From: an uncultured virus (IMG/VR IMGVR_UViG_2799112846_000001)
Lineage: Duplodnaviria > Heunggongvirae > Uroviricota > Caudoviricetes
Length of the DNA: 64,000 bases
Direction: 5' to 3' (one strand)
IMG/VR virus record: IMGVR_UViG_2799112846_000001
Coordinates: 1 to 64,000 of that record
The notes below the pieces were generated by a model. That model ran no database searches and was not told the DNA's origin. It worked only from the letters and a program-made list of their open reading frames with translations. Numbering within the stretch: position 1 is the first letter of the stretch; every line of letters starts with the position of its first letter. The position numbers and the translations under genes are program-made. Positions 1 to 9,163 of this stretch are shown here, in pieces.

Positions 1-1
1 G

Positions 2-337
2 ATAGGTGATGAACCTCTTGAGACAGAAGCGCAAGATTTATCAGGAGCTACAAATGAGCATGAAAATGATATTAGTGAGATAAAGCAGAGTTTATCTGAT
101 TTAGAACTTGATACCATAACACTAACTAACCAAACCACAACAGGACAAGGATTGATTATTACTAATCTAAATTATGATGGTCGTTGGATAAGTGCGGAAG
201 TGGCTGGCGGTCGTTATGCTTCTTTTAGACCATCGGGAGCGAATAAGCTAGTTATTAGATTGGTAGATGACAATGGAGATGCTGTAAGCAGTACGACAGT
301 TACGGTTAAATTATATCATCTCGGAGCTATAAGTTAG
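2..337 (+). CDS. 3' end of a tail fibre/receptor-binding protein (partial)
   Basis: The frame of ORF 152..337 is open back to the window start (IGDEPLETEAQDLSGATNEHENDISEIKQSL...). The L-x-T-x-A-xx-L-x-GA-x-NE motif is common in tail fibres, and the gene lies just before the lysis genes. Confidence 0.6.
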   Translation: MGDEPLETEAQDLSGATNEHENDISEIKQSLSDLELDTITLTNQTTTGQGLIITNLNYDGRWISAEVAGGRYASFRPSGANKLVIRLVDDNGDAVSSTTVTVKLYHLGAIS

Positions 338-376
338 TGAGATAAAAAAGCATTTTGTTGACTAACTAGATAGAAC

Positions 377-405
377 TTTACACTTGACAATTTTATATGT
401 ATAAT
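377..405 (+). promoter_or_regulatory. sigmaA-like promoter
   Basis: TTTACA(377-382)-17 nt-TATAAT(400-405), upstream of AAAGGAGG and ORF 438. Confidence 0.6.
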
Positions 406-437
406 TATTATGTAAACTATAAAGGAGGTATATTCCA

Positions 438-719
438 ATGCCAATGAAGTCTAAGTATGAAAAGAAAGATGAGAACTTTGTACCTGATGTAACTATAGAT
501 GAAGAGATGATTAAGGAAGATAAGGCACGACTTGAAAAAATGACTTATATGGTTTTAGTGTCGAATCTTGCACTGAGAATAGGACCCGGCTTTAACTATG
601 ATAAGATAGGTATAGCCCCATTCAGTGATGTAGTGGTTGATAAAGTTGAGAATAATTTTGGTAGACTTGCAGATGGTTCTGGTTGGATTTGTTTAGACTA
701 CGCAAAAAGGATAAGATAA
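438..719 (+). CDS. stand-alone SH3b-like cell-wall-binding domain protein
   Basis: C-terminal LRIGPGFNYDKIG...FGRLADGSGWICLDY matches the SH3b pattern; strong SD AAAGGAGG. Confidence 0.7.
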   Translation: MPMKSKYEKKDENFVPDVTIDEEMIKEDKARLEKMTYMVLVSNLALRIGPGFNYDKIGIAPFSDVVVDKVENNFGRLADGSGWICLDYAKRIR

Positions 720-1081
720 TGCACGATACTATTTCTTTTACACCGGCTCAATTATATACATTTTTAATTGCGCTGTGCGGCGCTATAGTTACTATATCTG
801 CCGCAGTTACGGTGATTATTAGAGTTATTCAAAAAGCTAAACAGCCAGAAGAGTCTCAAAACAAGAGGATTGAATCGTTGGAAAAGAAAGTGGAGAGATT
901 TGAACAACTTTTTGATAACGACAATAAAAGACTTATCGAATTAGAAAAGGGGAATAGAGTAATGCAACAATCTATGTTAGCATTATTATCTCATGCACTA
1001 AACGGAGATGATGTAGATAGTCTAAAGAAAGCCAAAGAAAATCTACAAAACTATCTTATAGATAAGGAGAATATACTATGA
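719..1081 (+). CDS. membrane protein, holin-associated (N-terminal TM helix plus coiled coil)
   Basis: ATG at 719 overlaps the upstream stop; hydrophobic LYTFLIALCGAIVTISAAVTVII followed by a coiled coil; adjacent to the holin. Confidence 0.6.
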   Translation: MHDTISFTPAQLYTFLIALCGAIVTISAAVTVIIRVIQKAKQPEESQNKRIESLEKKVERFEQLFDNDNKRLIELEKGNRVMQQSMLALLSHALNGDDVDSLKKAKENLQNYLIDKENIL

Positions 1082-1296
1082 AACTTCCTGACCGTGTGTA
1101 TAATTTTTTGAAATGGACTTGTCTTATAGCACTGCCCGCACTTTCAGTTGCGTATTTTGGGTTAGCTAAGATATGGGGACTACCATACGAAGCTGAGATA
1201 CCTGCTACATTAGATGTAATAGCAGTACTTATAGGTTCACTGATACGTGTATCACAGTACAATATAGACAAGGAAAACAAGGATGCAAGTGTATGA
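1078..1296 (+). CDS. holin, Dp-1 family-like
   Basis: MKLPDRVYNFLKW..IALPA....GLAKIWGLPY...IPAT motif; two TM segments. Confidence 0.8.
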   Translation: MKLPDRVYNFLKWTCLIALPALSVAYFGLAKIWGLPYEAEIPATLDVIAVLIGSLIRVSQYNIDKENKDASV

Positions 1297-1483
1297 TTTT
1301 ACAAATCCCGAATTAGCGTATTTTCGTGAACAGTGTAATTTTACTCAAGATGAATTAGAGTATTTCAATCTACGCTCAAGCGGTATGTCTAATGTGCAAA
1401 TATCACTAACTATGAATGTCAGTGAAAGTAAGGTTAGTAAACTTGCAAAGAAAGTAAAATCTAAAATATTGCGAGTACTCTAG
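1283..1483 (+). CDS. stand-alone LuxR/GerE-type HTH regulator
   Basis: FTQDELEYFNLRSSGMSNVQISLTMNVSESKVSK has the LuxR HTH pattern; 66 aa with no receiver domain. Confidence 0.7.
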   Translation: MQVYDFTNPELAYFREQCNFTQDELEYFNLRSSGMSNVQISLTMNVSESKVSKLAKKVKSKILRVL

Positions 1484-1507
1484 TACTATACATACCCTTT
1501 CTCACCG

Positions 1508-1540
1508 AGAGCACCTGGCGCCAAACAGGTGCTCTTTTTT
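1508..1540 (+). terminator. intrinsic terminator
   Basis: AGAGCACCTG/CAGGTGCTCT stem followed by a T-run. Confidence 0.75.
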
Positions 1541-1717
1541 CGTGCAATTTTTGTACAGTTTTTGAACAAGTTAGACAACTGAATATTACATATACTCTAA
1601 GTATAAATCTAAAAGGAGTACAGACTATGAGAGATATTAGTGAAGAACTGGTTAACATAATGTCACAGAATAATTGCTCATCTGTCTGTGCTCTTTTTGC
1701 GTTAAAGGAGAGTAACA

Positions 1718-2098
1718 ATGTTTGTACAGTACAATCCGAATCCCCAAGGAAATTATGTAGGGGATTGTGTAATAAGGGCAATAGCGAAAGTAACAGAGAA
1801 AGATTGGGATAGCACATATCTTGCTGTAGCTATGCAAGGATTTGCTATGAAAGATATGCCCTCAGCTAATCATATATGGGGAGCATATTTAAAGAGTCAA
1901 GGTTTTAAACAGTATGCACTGCCTAATACGTGTCCGGACTGTTATACAGTTCAAGACTTCTGCGAAGACTACCCAAGCGGAGTGTATTTGTTAGCTACAG
2001 GTAGTCATGTAATAGCTGTAGAAGACGGTAACTATTTTGACAGTTGGGATAGTGGTAGTGAGATACCTATTTACTATTGGAAAAGAGAGGAGAATTAA
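1718..2098 (+). CDS. phage hypothetical protein (GDCVIRAI...SHVIAV; possible Cys/His peptidase-like)
   Basis: SD AAGGAG; Cys and His motifs. Confidence 0.65.
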   Translation: MFVQYNPNPQGNYVGDCVIRAIAKVTEKDWDSTYLAVAMQGFAMKDMPSANHIWGAYLKSQGFKQYALPNTCPDCYTVQDFCEDYPSGVYLLATGSHVIAVEDGNYFDSWDSGSEIPIYYWKREEN

Positions 2099-2100
2099 AG

Positions 2101-2550
2101 ATGGCTATTTATAACTATGGTTTACCAATGCCAAACTATCAAGTACCGGCTACTTATCAACAGCAGTACCCAATTCAGCAGACAGTATCTAACACACCTA
2201 TCAATAACAATTCATCAGCTAGCATTATATGGGTGCAAGGTGAAGCTGGAGCTAAAGCATATCCAGTAGCACCTGGAAATAGTGTGCTGTTAATGGATAG
2301 TGAAAGTGAGTGCTTCTATATTAAATCGACTGATACTAGCGGAATACCAATGCCACTGAGAGCATTTACATATACAGAAATAGTACAAACTCAACAAGAA
2401 CCTGAAAGAGAATCTATAGATACTTCTCAATTTGTAACTAGAAGTGAGTTAGATGAAATAAGAGCTATGATAAATGATTTAAAACCTAAGACTATGAGTA
2501 AGAAGGAGAGCAAAGATGAACAAACTGTATCAAGAAACGCAAAGCAATAA
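2101..2550 (+). CDS. phage hypothetical protein (IIWVQGEAGAKAYPVAPG motif)
   Basis: SD GAGGAG before ATG 2101. Confidence 0.7.
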   Translation: MAIYNYGLPMPNYQVPATYQQQYPIQQTVSNTPINNNSSASIIWVQGEAGAKAYPVAPGNSVLLMDSESECFYIKSTDTSGIPMPLRAFTYTEIVQTQQEPERESIDTSQFVTRSELDEIRAMINDLKPKTMSKKESKDEQTVSRNAKQ

Positions 2551-2716
2551 CCTTATGAATAAAGCACAGCAGTTAGTACAGCAGTTGAATGTACCTCAGC
2601 AGATGCAGAACGACCCACATCAAATCGTAGACTTCTTAGTACAGAGTGGTCGTATAAATCAAGAAGCTGTTAATCGTGCTATGCAGATGGCTCAAAGGAT
2701 GGGCATTAAGTTATAG
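2516..2716 (+). CDS. small Gln-rich hypothetical protein
   Basis: SD AAGGAG; overlaps the previous gene. Confidence 0.7.
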   Translation: MNKLYQETQSNNLMNKAQQLVQQLNVPQQMQNDPHQIVDFLVQSGRINQEAVNRAMQMAQRMGIKL

Positions 2717-2763
2717 GTAATACTTGCAAGATTACATAAATAAATTAAAAGGAGGATAATACT

Positions 2764-3597
2764 ATGTCATTATCTAATGGTTCTAACGAACTTGTAATGC
2801 CAGTCGCTCCAATGTACGGTGGAGGCTACGGTGGTGGCTTCGGTGGATTTGGCGGAGACGGTTGGTGGATTATTCTACTTCTCTTATTTGCCGGTGGCGG
2901 ATGGGGAAATGGATTCGGTGGAGGTTACGGAAACATGCAGTTAGGTTATGATTTTCCTTGGCTTCTTAATGGACAGTCTGGAATTAACAACAACACAAAC
3001 ACCGGATTCCAGAACGCTATGCTCAATGATAACATCACTTCTATTAGAGATGGTATTGCTTCACTGAGTACTCAGCTTTGCAACTGCTGTGGAGATATGC
3101 AGATGTCACTTGCTAATGGCTTTGCAAATGTAGAGCAGGGAGCAAATGCAAGACAGATGGCTAATATGCAGACAGCATTTGGTATTCAGAGTCAGATAGC
3201 TCAGGCAAGTGCTGATAACAGACTTGGTATTGCAGGTATTGGTTCTGATATTGCAAGAGAAGCTTGCGCAACAAGAACAACAGATACACAGAATACTCAG
3301 GCAATTCTTAATACTATCAATGGTGGTATTCAGTCTATTAAAGACCAGCTCTGCCAGGATAAGATAGATTCTAAGAATGATGAGATAGCTAACCTTCGTC
3401 AGCAGGTAGCTATGAAAGACCTTGCCGCTTCACAGGTTGCACAGAACGCATTTATTGCACAAGGTTTCAGCAACGAAGTAGACCAGCTTTATAACAGACT
3501 TAATAGTTGTCCTGTTCCTACTACTCCTGTATATGGAAGAACACCTATTTTCACTTGCAACAATAATGGTTGCGGATGTGGTTGCGGACAGTTTTAG
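2764..3597 (+). CDS. Gly-rich/TM/coiled-coil protein with Cys-rich C-terminus
   Basis: GGFGGFGGDGWWIILLLLF N-terminus, CNCC, C-terminal CNNNGCGCGCG; SD AAAGGAGG. Confidence 0.75.
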   Translation: MSLSNGSNELVMPVAPMYGGGYGGGFGGFGGDGWWIILLLLFAGGGWGNGFGGGYGNMQLGYDFPWLLNGQSGINNNTNTGFQNAMLNDNITSIRDGIASLSTQLCNCCGDMQMSLANGFANVEQGANARQMANMQTAFGIQSQIAQASADNRLGIAGIGSDIAREACATRTTDTQNTQAILNTINGGIQSIKDQLCQDKIDSKNDEIANLRQQVAMKDLAASQVAQNAFIAQGFSNEVDQLYNRLNSCPVPTTPVYGRTPIFTCNNNGCGCGCGQF

Positions 3598-3730
3598 TTA
3601 GTAATTTACCTATAGAGCAAACATCTTTTCATTAAATTGAAATGTTTAGTATTTTACTAATATTGTTTACATCTCTAATATAATATGATAGACTGTTATA
3701 TAATCTATTACAATATGTTGGAGGTGTATT

Positions 3731-4381
3731 ATGTCAAAGTTAATTGATATTACGGGAAATAGATATAATAATTTAACTGTTATTGAACGTGTAGCAAATA
3801 ATATACGAGGTCAATCTCGTTGGAAATGCTTATGTGATTGCGGTAATTATACAGAAGTTACATCTAATAATTTAAAATCCGGTGCAGTTAAAAGTTGTGG
3901 ATGTTTACGACATATACCAAAATACAAACATAATTTATCACACACAAAATTATATCGTGTGTGGGCTGGAATGAAACGTAGATGTTATTATCGAAATGAT
4001 AAAAGCTACAAAAATTATGGTGGTAGAGGTATACATATCTGTGATGAATGGGTTAATGATTTTGTAAACTTCTATAATTGGGCTATACAAAACGGCTATG
4101 AAGAAGGATTAACTATTGAACGCATAAATAATGATGAAAATTATTCACCCAATAACTGTACCTGGATACCTAAATCAGAACAAGTAAATAACAGACGAAA
4201 TTGTATACTATATACATATAATAATAAAACTCAAAACTTAAAACAGTGGTGTGATGAACTTAACTTAGATTATGGTTTAATGCATGATAGAATACGCAGT
4301 AAAGGTTGGAGTTTTGAAAGGGCTATATCTACACCTTGTAATATCAAGAAACGCAATAATAAATCGAAACGAGGTAAATAA
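3731..4381 (+). CDS. free-standing HNH-type homing endonuclease
   Basis: WKCLCDCG...SCGC; KLYRVWAGMKRRC..YKNYGGRGI; LTIERINNDENYSPNNCTW..EQVNN; interrupts an otherwise contiguous cluster and has its own promoter. Confidence 0.8.
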   Translation: MSKLIDITGNRYNNLTVIERVANNIRGQSRWKCLCDCGNYTEVTSNNLKSGAVKSCGCLRHIPKYKHNLSHTKLYRVWAGMKRRCYYRNDKSYKNYGGRGIHICDEWVNDFVNFYNWAIQNGYEEGLTIERINNDENYSPNNCTWIPKSEQVNNRRNCILYTYNNKTQNLKQWCDELNLDYGLMHDRIRSKGWSFERAISTPCNIKKRNNKSKRGK

Positions 4382-4383
4382 AT

Positions 4384-4833
4384 ATGGCGGAATTTACAAA
4401 AAACGAAATTCAGCTTGTTCAGCCTAATCAAGTTGTAACACTTAATACAACAATAGGTTGTCCAAAAGGTTATGTCATTCATAGAAATGGCAGTGGAATT
4501 GTAACTCTACGTGGTATTACTAATAACTGCTTTGCACGTTATCAAGTCACTTTCAATGGCAATATAGCAGTGCCTGAGGGCGGAACAGTAGGTCCTATCA
4601 GTATTGCTATAGCCATTGACGGTGAACCAGTGCTTACTAGCAGAGCAATAGTAACACCGGCGGCAGTAGATAATTACTTTAATGTAACGTCTACAGCAAT
4701 AATAACAGTTCCAAAAGGATGTTGTTTCAATATAGCAGTAGAGAACACAAGTGAAAGTGCTACTCCAGGAACAACACCTGCACCAGCAATAAATGTACAG
4801 AACGCTAACCTAGTAGTTAGTCGTATCGCATAA
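4384..4833 (+). CDS. beta-rich protein, possibly BclA-C/C1q-like jelly roll
   Basis: All-beta pattern YQVTFNGNI...ISIAIAIDGE...QNANLVVSRIA; fold assignment is tentative. Confidence 0.55.
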   Translation: MAEFTKNEIQLVQPNQVVTLNTTIGCPKGYVIHRNGSGIVTLRGITNNCFARYQVTFNGNIAVPEGGTVGPISIAIAIDGEPVLTSRAIVTPAAVDNYFNVTSTAIITVPKGCCFNIAVENTSESATPGTTPAPAINVQNANLVVSRIA

Positions 4834-4847
4834 AGGAGGTAATCGTT

Positions 4848-5411
4848 ATGTCTAAGAGAATGTATGAAGATTTAAAAGAAATCCTTTGTCACGAACTTAA
4901 CGAGATAACTCGAAGAGGCGATATTGACAAGGAAAGTCTTGATGATGTCTATAAACTTTCATCAGCTATAACAATGGTAGAAAGTCTTATGAAGAAAGAC
5001 AAGCAGATGGAAGAAGGCACTTCTAATCATATGCCAATGTGGTCATATGAAGGAGGAAATAATAATGCTATGTCTAATACTTCTTATGAACGTGGTACTA
5101 CTGATGGTCGTGACGGTGGCAGAAGTCGTGCTTATAGAGGAGATAGCAACGATTATAGCCGAGACAATTATGAAGACAACGACAGCTATAGAAGAGGTCG
5201 TGGAGCAGACGGAAGATATGTAAGTCGTGATTCATATGACAGTTATGACAGAGGTTCTTATGATTCATATGATAGCTATGAACACGGCTATAGCAGACAT
5301 ACCGCAGAACAAAAGGTAGCAGAAAAGTTAGATGATATTCTCAAAACTACTGAAAGTCCTAAGGTAAGAGAAGCTATAGAACAAGCTATGAGAAAAATTA
5401 AACATCAGTAA
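4848..5411 (+). CDS. hypothetical protein with S-Y-D/R-G low-complexity repeats
   Basis: SD AAAGGAGG; RRGRGADGRYVSRDSYDSYD repeats. Confidence 0.75.
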   Translation: MSKRMYEDLKEILCHELNEITRRGDIDKESLDDVYKLSSAITMVESLMKKDKQMEEGTSNHMPMWSYEGGNNNAMSNTSYERGTTDGRDGGRSRAYRGDSNDYSRDNYEDNDSYRRGRGADGRYVSRDSYDSYDRGSYDSYDSYEHGYSRHTAEQKVAEKLDDILKTTESPKVREAIEQAMRKIKHQ

Positions 5412-5422
5412 GAGGTGATATT

Positions 5423-5797
5423 ATGTTAGATATGGAGTTAATAGAAGACAGCATAGCAGAACTTGAGCAAGACGCTACAAGCTACGAGAATTGTATTAGA
5501 CTTGCTAGCTTATATATTTGTCGTGAAATAAATAAAAATCGAAATATGAGTGCGCTAGACACGTCAAACAACGTGTCACACGATAGCAACGATTTGTTTT
5601 CTACATATAATAAGTATATAGATGCAAAAATGCGTTATCAACAATATGAAGTCGTGGATAAAATGCTTATATATGCTATGTCAAATCTATGTCACGAATT
5701 GACAGACTTCATATCTAACTTATATCATAATACAGAAACTACAGCAGAAAGAGCTTTAATAGTAGAAATGATAAATAATTTGAGAAGTGCTATATAA
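5423..5797 (+). CDS. hypothetical protein
   Basis: SD GAGGTG; last gene before the terminator. Confidence 0.7.
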   Translation: MLDMELIEDSIAELEQDATSYENCIRLASLYICREINKNRNMSALDTSNNVSHDSNDLFSTYNKYIDAKMRYQQYEVVDKMLIYAMSNLCHELTDFISNLYHNTETTAERALIVEMINNLRSAI

Positions 5798-5815
5798 TGT
5801 AGCACTTCTTTTTTT
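5783..5815 (+). terminator. intrinsic terminator
   Basis: AGAAGTGCTA/TAGCACTTCT stem followed by a T-run. Confidence 0.8.
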
Positions 5816-5820
5816 ATGTG

Positions 5821-5849
5821 TTGACAATGAAATAATGTCGTGATATAAT
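5821..5849 (+). promoter_or_regulatory. consensus sigmaA promoter (CGTGA class)
   Basis: TTGACA-17-TATAAT with extended TG. Confidence 0.85.
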
Positions 5850-5900
5850 GTTTACGTGTTGAAGAACAGCACGCAAACAAACTATGAAAAGGAGAAAACT

Positions 5901-7574
5901 ATGATAACTATTAGAGTAGATGAGAGCAATAGATGTGACGTAGAGTATTCTATGTATATCTCATTTGACTACAATCAAAAAGTGGTTGACATAATACGTC
6001 AGTTGCCTACACGTTATTGGAACCCAGATAACAAAGAATGGGAAGTACCGTTGAAAAAGCTACAATATCTATTAGAAGCATTTAGTGATTTTGATATTGA
6101 GTTAACAGGTAAGTATGTATCATTTGAACAGCCTAAAGTAGAACTGCCTAGTGACTTCTCATTTAAGACAAACCCATATGAGCATCAAATAGAGGGATTC
6201 AATTACGGATTACAGCATACTAGATGGCTTCTTGGTGATGAAATGGGACTCGGTAAGACTAAACAAGTTATAGATATAGCAGTTGCAAAGAAACTGATAT
6301 ATGGATATGAGCATTGTCTTATAGTTTGCGGAGTTAATGGTCTAAAGTGGAATTGGTATAATGAAGTTAAGACTCATTCAAATGAACAGCCTTTCATACT
6401 CGGTCAGCGCAGAAGAAAGAATGGCAATTTAGTCATTGGTAGTGCAAATGATAAAATGTCCGATGTATTTGATATAGATGAACTTCCATATTTCATTATC
6501 ACTAATATTGAGACTATGCGTAATCAAGACATTGTTTCAGAACTTGTAAAGTTATGTAAGTCTAAGAAGATAGGAATGATTGCATTTGATGAGTGTCATA
6601 AAGCTAAAGACCCTAACAGTCAGCAAGGCAAAGGAATGTTAAAGCTACGTGCAGAGACACAGATAGCTATGACTGGTACTCCTCTTATGAACACTCCGCT
6701 TGACTTATTCTTTATTCTCAAGTGGCTTGGTTATGAACAAAACTCTTTCTATAAGTTTAGAAATCATTATTGTGTGATGGGTGGATTCAATAATTATCAA
6801 ATAGTTGAGTACAGACATCTTGATGAATTACAGGAAAGACTTAATGAGATAATGCTTAGAAGACTTAAAGAAGAAGCATTAGACTTACCTGAGAAGACTT
6901 ATATTGATGAGTATGTTGAGCTAACTCCAAAGCAAGCTAAGATTTATAAAGAAGTGTCAGCAGAGATTAAAGATAATATAGATAAGATTAAGTCAGCACC
7001 TAATCCATTAGCAGAACTTATTAGAATGAGACAAGCTACTGGATATACGGGTATCTTATCTTCTACTATTCAAGAGTCAGCAAAGCTAGACAGAATGGAA
7101 GAACTTGTAGAAGAAGCTGTAGAGAGCGGTAAGAAAGTAGTTGTGTTTTCTAATTGGACTCAAATGACAGCACCTATAGCACAGAGATTAGCTAAATATA
7201 ACCCTGCTGTAATAACAGGTGAAATAAATGCTGATACAAGACAACAGATGATAGATAAGTTTCAAAAGAATAATTCATGCAAAGTAATACTAGGCACATC
7301 AGGAGCTATGGGTACAGGAATTACATTAACAGCGGGCACAGTAGAGATATTCTTAGATGAGCCTTGGAATATGGCACTTAAAGAACAGTGTGTAGATAGA
7401 TGTCACAGAATAGGACAGACACAGAATCTTACTATCTATACAATAATGGCTAAAGATACTATAGATGAACGTGTGCATGACATAGTTTTATCTAAGGGAG
7501 AGCTTAGTGACGCTATAGTAGACGGAGTAATTAAACAAAATAAAGAACAGATGCTTGACTTCTTATTAAGTTGA
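5901..7574 (+). CDS. SNF2-family helicase
   Basis: GDEMGLGKT, FDECH, MTGTP, QCVDRCHRIGQ motifs; SD AAAGGAG before ATG 5901. Confidence 0.9.
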   Translation: MITIRVDESNRCDVEYSMYISFDYNQKVVDIIRQLPTRYWNPDNKEWEVPLKKLQYLLEAFSDFDIELTGKYVSFEQPKVELPSDFSFKTNPYEHQIEGFNYGLQHTRWLLGDEMGLGKTKQVIDIAVAKKLIYGYEHCLIVCGVNGLKWNWYNEVKTHSNEQPFILGQRRRKNGNLVIGSANDKMSDVFDIDELPYFIITNIETMRNQDIVSELVKLCKSKKIGMIAFDECHKAKDPNSQQGKGMLKLRAETQIAMTGTPLMNTPLDLFFILKWLGYEQNSFYKFRNHYCVMGGFNNYQIVEYRHLDELQERLNEIMLRRLKEEALDLPEKTYIDEYVELTPKQAKIYKEVSAEIKDNIDKIKSAPNPLAELIRMRQATGYTGILSSTIQESAKLDRMEELVEEAVESGKKVVVFSNWTQMTAPIAQRLAKYNPAVITGEINADTRQQMIDKFQKNNSCKVILGTSGAMGTGITLTAGTVEIFLDEPWNMALKEQCVDRCHRIGQTQNLTIYTIMAKDTIDERVHDIVLSKGELSDAIVDGVIKQNKEQMLDFLLS

Positions 7575-7599
7575 CAATGTTTAAATAGCGTGATATAAT
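7571..7599 (+). promoter_or_regulatory. consensus sigmaA promoter (CGTGA class)
   Basis: TTGACA-17-TATAAT. Confidence 0.85.
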
Positions 7600-7635
7600 G
7601 TTTAATGTAAATGTTTAGAAGAAAGGAGTGATAAA

Positions 7636-7911
7636 ATGGCAGAGCGCATGTTAAAGGCTGTAGAAGTTGCACTATTATTAAATATAAGTGTACCTACATT
7701 AAGTAACTGGTACAAGTTTAAGCGACTTCACCCAGAAGATGAAATGTGTCAGTATCTTCCAGAACCTGAGCAGAAATCGACTCGACAGACACGTTACTGG
7801 AAAGAGTCAGATATTTCAAAGCTGTTAGTATTTAAGTCTCAAATAGTAATGGGACGTAACGGTTTTATGGGCAGTGTAACGCAGAAGTATTGCAAGAAAG
7901 GAAATAAATAA
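7636..7911 (+). CDS. HTH DNA-binding protein (excisionase/AlpA-like)
   Basis: MLKAVEVALLLNISVPTLSNW...TRYWKESDI. Confidence 0.65.
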   Translation: MAERMLKAVEVALLLNISVPTLSNWYKFKRLHPEDEMCQYLPEPEQKSTRQTRYWKESDISKLLVFKSQIVMGRNGFMGSVTQKYCKKGNK

Positions 7912-7912
7912 A

Positions 7913-8131
7913 ATGAAAAAACTCTTAACACTCTTAAAACGATATGACTGGAAAAACTACATAATATATTATAGTTTAGTGGGCTGTTCGTTAGCATTTA
8001 TCATTTGGGTATTATTAAGTTATGTTAACATAATAGCCCACAATACTTCCGGAGACGGTACATATGATTATTGGAAGTACAATGCTATAGTAATGTTAGT
8101 TAATCTTTTCAAAAGAATACTAGGCAAATAA
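7913..8131 (+). CDS. small membrane protein
   Basis: Hydrophobic segment YYSLVGCSLAFIIWVLLSYV. Confidence 0.6.
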   Translation: MKKLLTLLKRYDWKNYIIYYSLVGCSLAFIIWVLLSYVNIIAHNTSGDGTYDYWKYNAIVMLVNLFKRILGK

Positions 8132-8144
8132 GGAGAATAAAAAG

Positions 8145-8606
8145 ATGGCAAGAATAAAAATAGAATCTACAGACGTGGTGTCAACACATACACTAGACGA
8201 ACTTATACCAGCATATGCAGAAAATAAAGCTATGCTAGAAGATTATAAGAAACTATGTAGTGTTGAAAATGAAGAGATTAAAGCACTTATGACAGAAGAT
8301 ACGTATGAGACAGGTGGTTACAAAGCTACAAAATCAGTGTCAAGTAGAGACAGCTTAAATGAAGATAAGGTGTTAGCTACTGTTGATGATGAACTTAGGG
8401 AATATTTTAATAAGAATAATATAATCAAGACTAAAGAATATATAGATATAGATAATCTTGAGTCGCTTATATATGCATTAAATAATAAGCAAGATGATGA
8501 AAGCAAGCGCCTTAAAGATAATCTCATATCTTTATTAGATAAATGTACAGACAGAAAAGAAGTAGTAACCTTAAGAATAGGTAAGATAAAGAAGGAGACG
8601 AAATGA
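8145..8606 (+). CDS. hypothetical protein
   Basis: SD AAGGAG; lies within an operon. Confidence 0.7.
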   Translation: MARIKIESTDVVSTHTLDELIPAYAENKAMLEDYKKLCSVENEEIKALMTEDTYETGGYKATKSVSSRDSLNEDKVLATVDDELREYFNKNNIIKTKEYIDIDNLESLIYALNNKQDDESKRLKDNLISLLDKCTDRKEVVTLRIGKIKKETK

Positions 8607-8734
8607 GTATTATTTTAAGCATTGCTTGGTTTATATTTGGATTTATTATTGGAGCAATAACAATTATTGGAATTGCTTGTATAGTAACTGATATAAGAGA
8701 GGAGAAACGTAATGGCAAGAACAAAGAAAGCTGA
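8603..8734 (+). CDS. small membrane protein (43 aa, not in ORF track)
   Basis: SD AAGGAG; ATGA overlap with the previous stop; MSIILSIAWFIFGFIIGAITIIGIACIV. Confidence 0.55.
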   Translation: MSIILSIAWFIFGFIIGAITIIGIACIVTDIREEKRNGKNKES

Positions 8735-8954
8735 GTATGTCAGTAAAGCTACAACTACATTGATAAAAGCCTCATCACGTGCCAGTATAAAAATATCTGA
8801 AAGTTATTATACGGTAGAATATTGTGAGGAGCGAAGTATACCTGAAGACTGTGATATAGAGAAAGAACGTACATTCTTATGGGACACCGTTAACGGTGAA
8901 GTAGACTCACAGATAGAAGAAATATTACAAGCATACGGCAATAAAAGAAAGTAG
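8712..8954 (+). CDS. hypothetical protein
   Basis: SD GAGGAG. Confidence 0.7.
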   Translation: MARTKKAEYVSKATTTLIKASSRASIKISESYYTVEYCEERSIPEDCDIEKERTFLWDTVNGEVDSQIEEILQAYGNKRK

Positions 8955-9163
8955 TTGACAATATCGTTGTATCATGTTAATATACTATTGTCTAGTGTTC
9001 AAGTAAGCACTATCGGGTAGAATTACCCGAGCCCCACAAATAGGTTAGCTGAATTATGCCGGATTCAGCTATGAACCTCATAATTCAGCTAACCATAGCT
9101 TATGTGATTGAGTGCGGCATCACTCTTTTGCATGAGCTATTTTATTTTACAAAGGAGATTAAA

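Noticed and set aside
9056..9163. N-terminal extension of the initiator ORF
   Set aside because: It lies in the inverted-repeat leader; the strong SD precedes ATG 9164.
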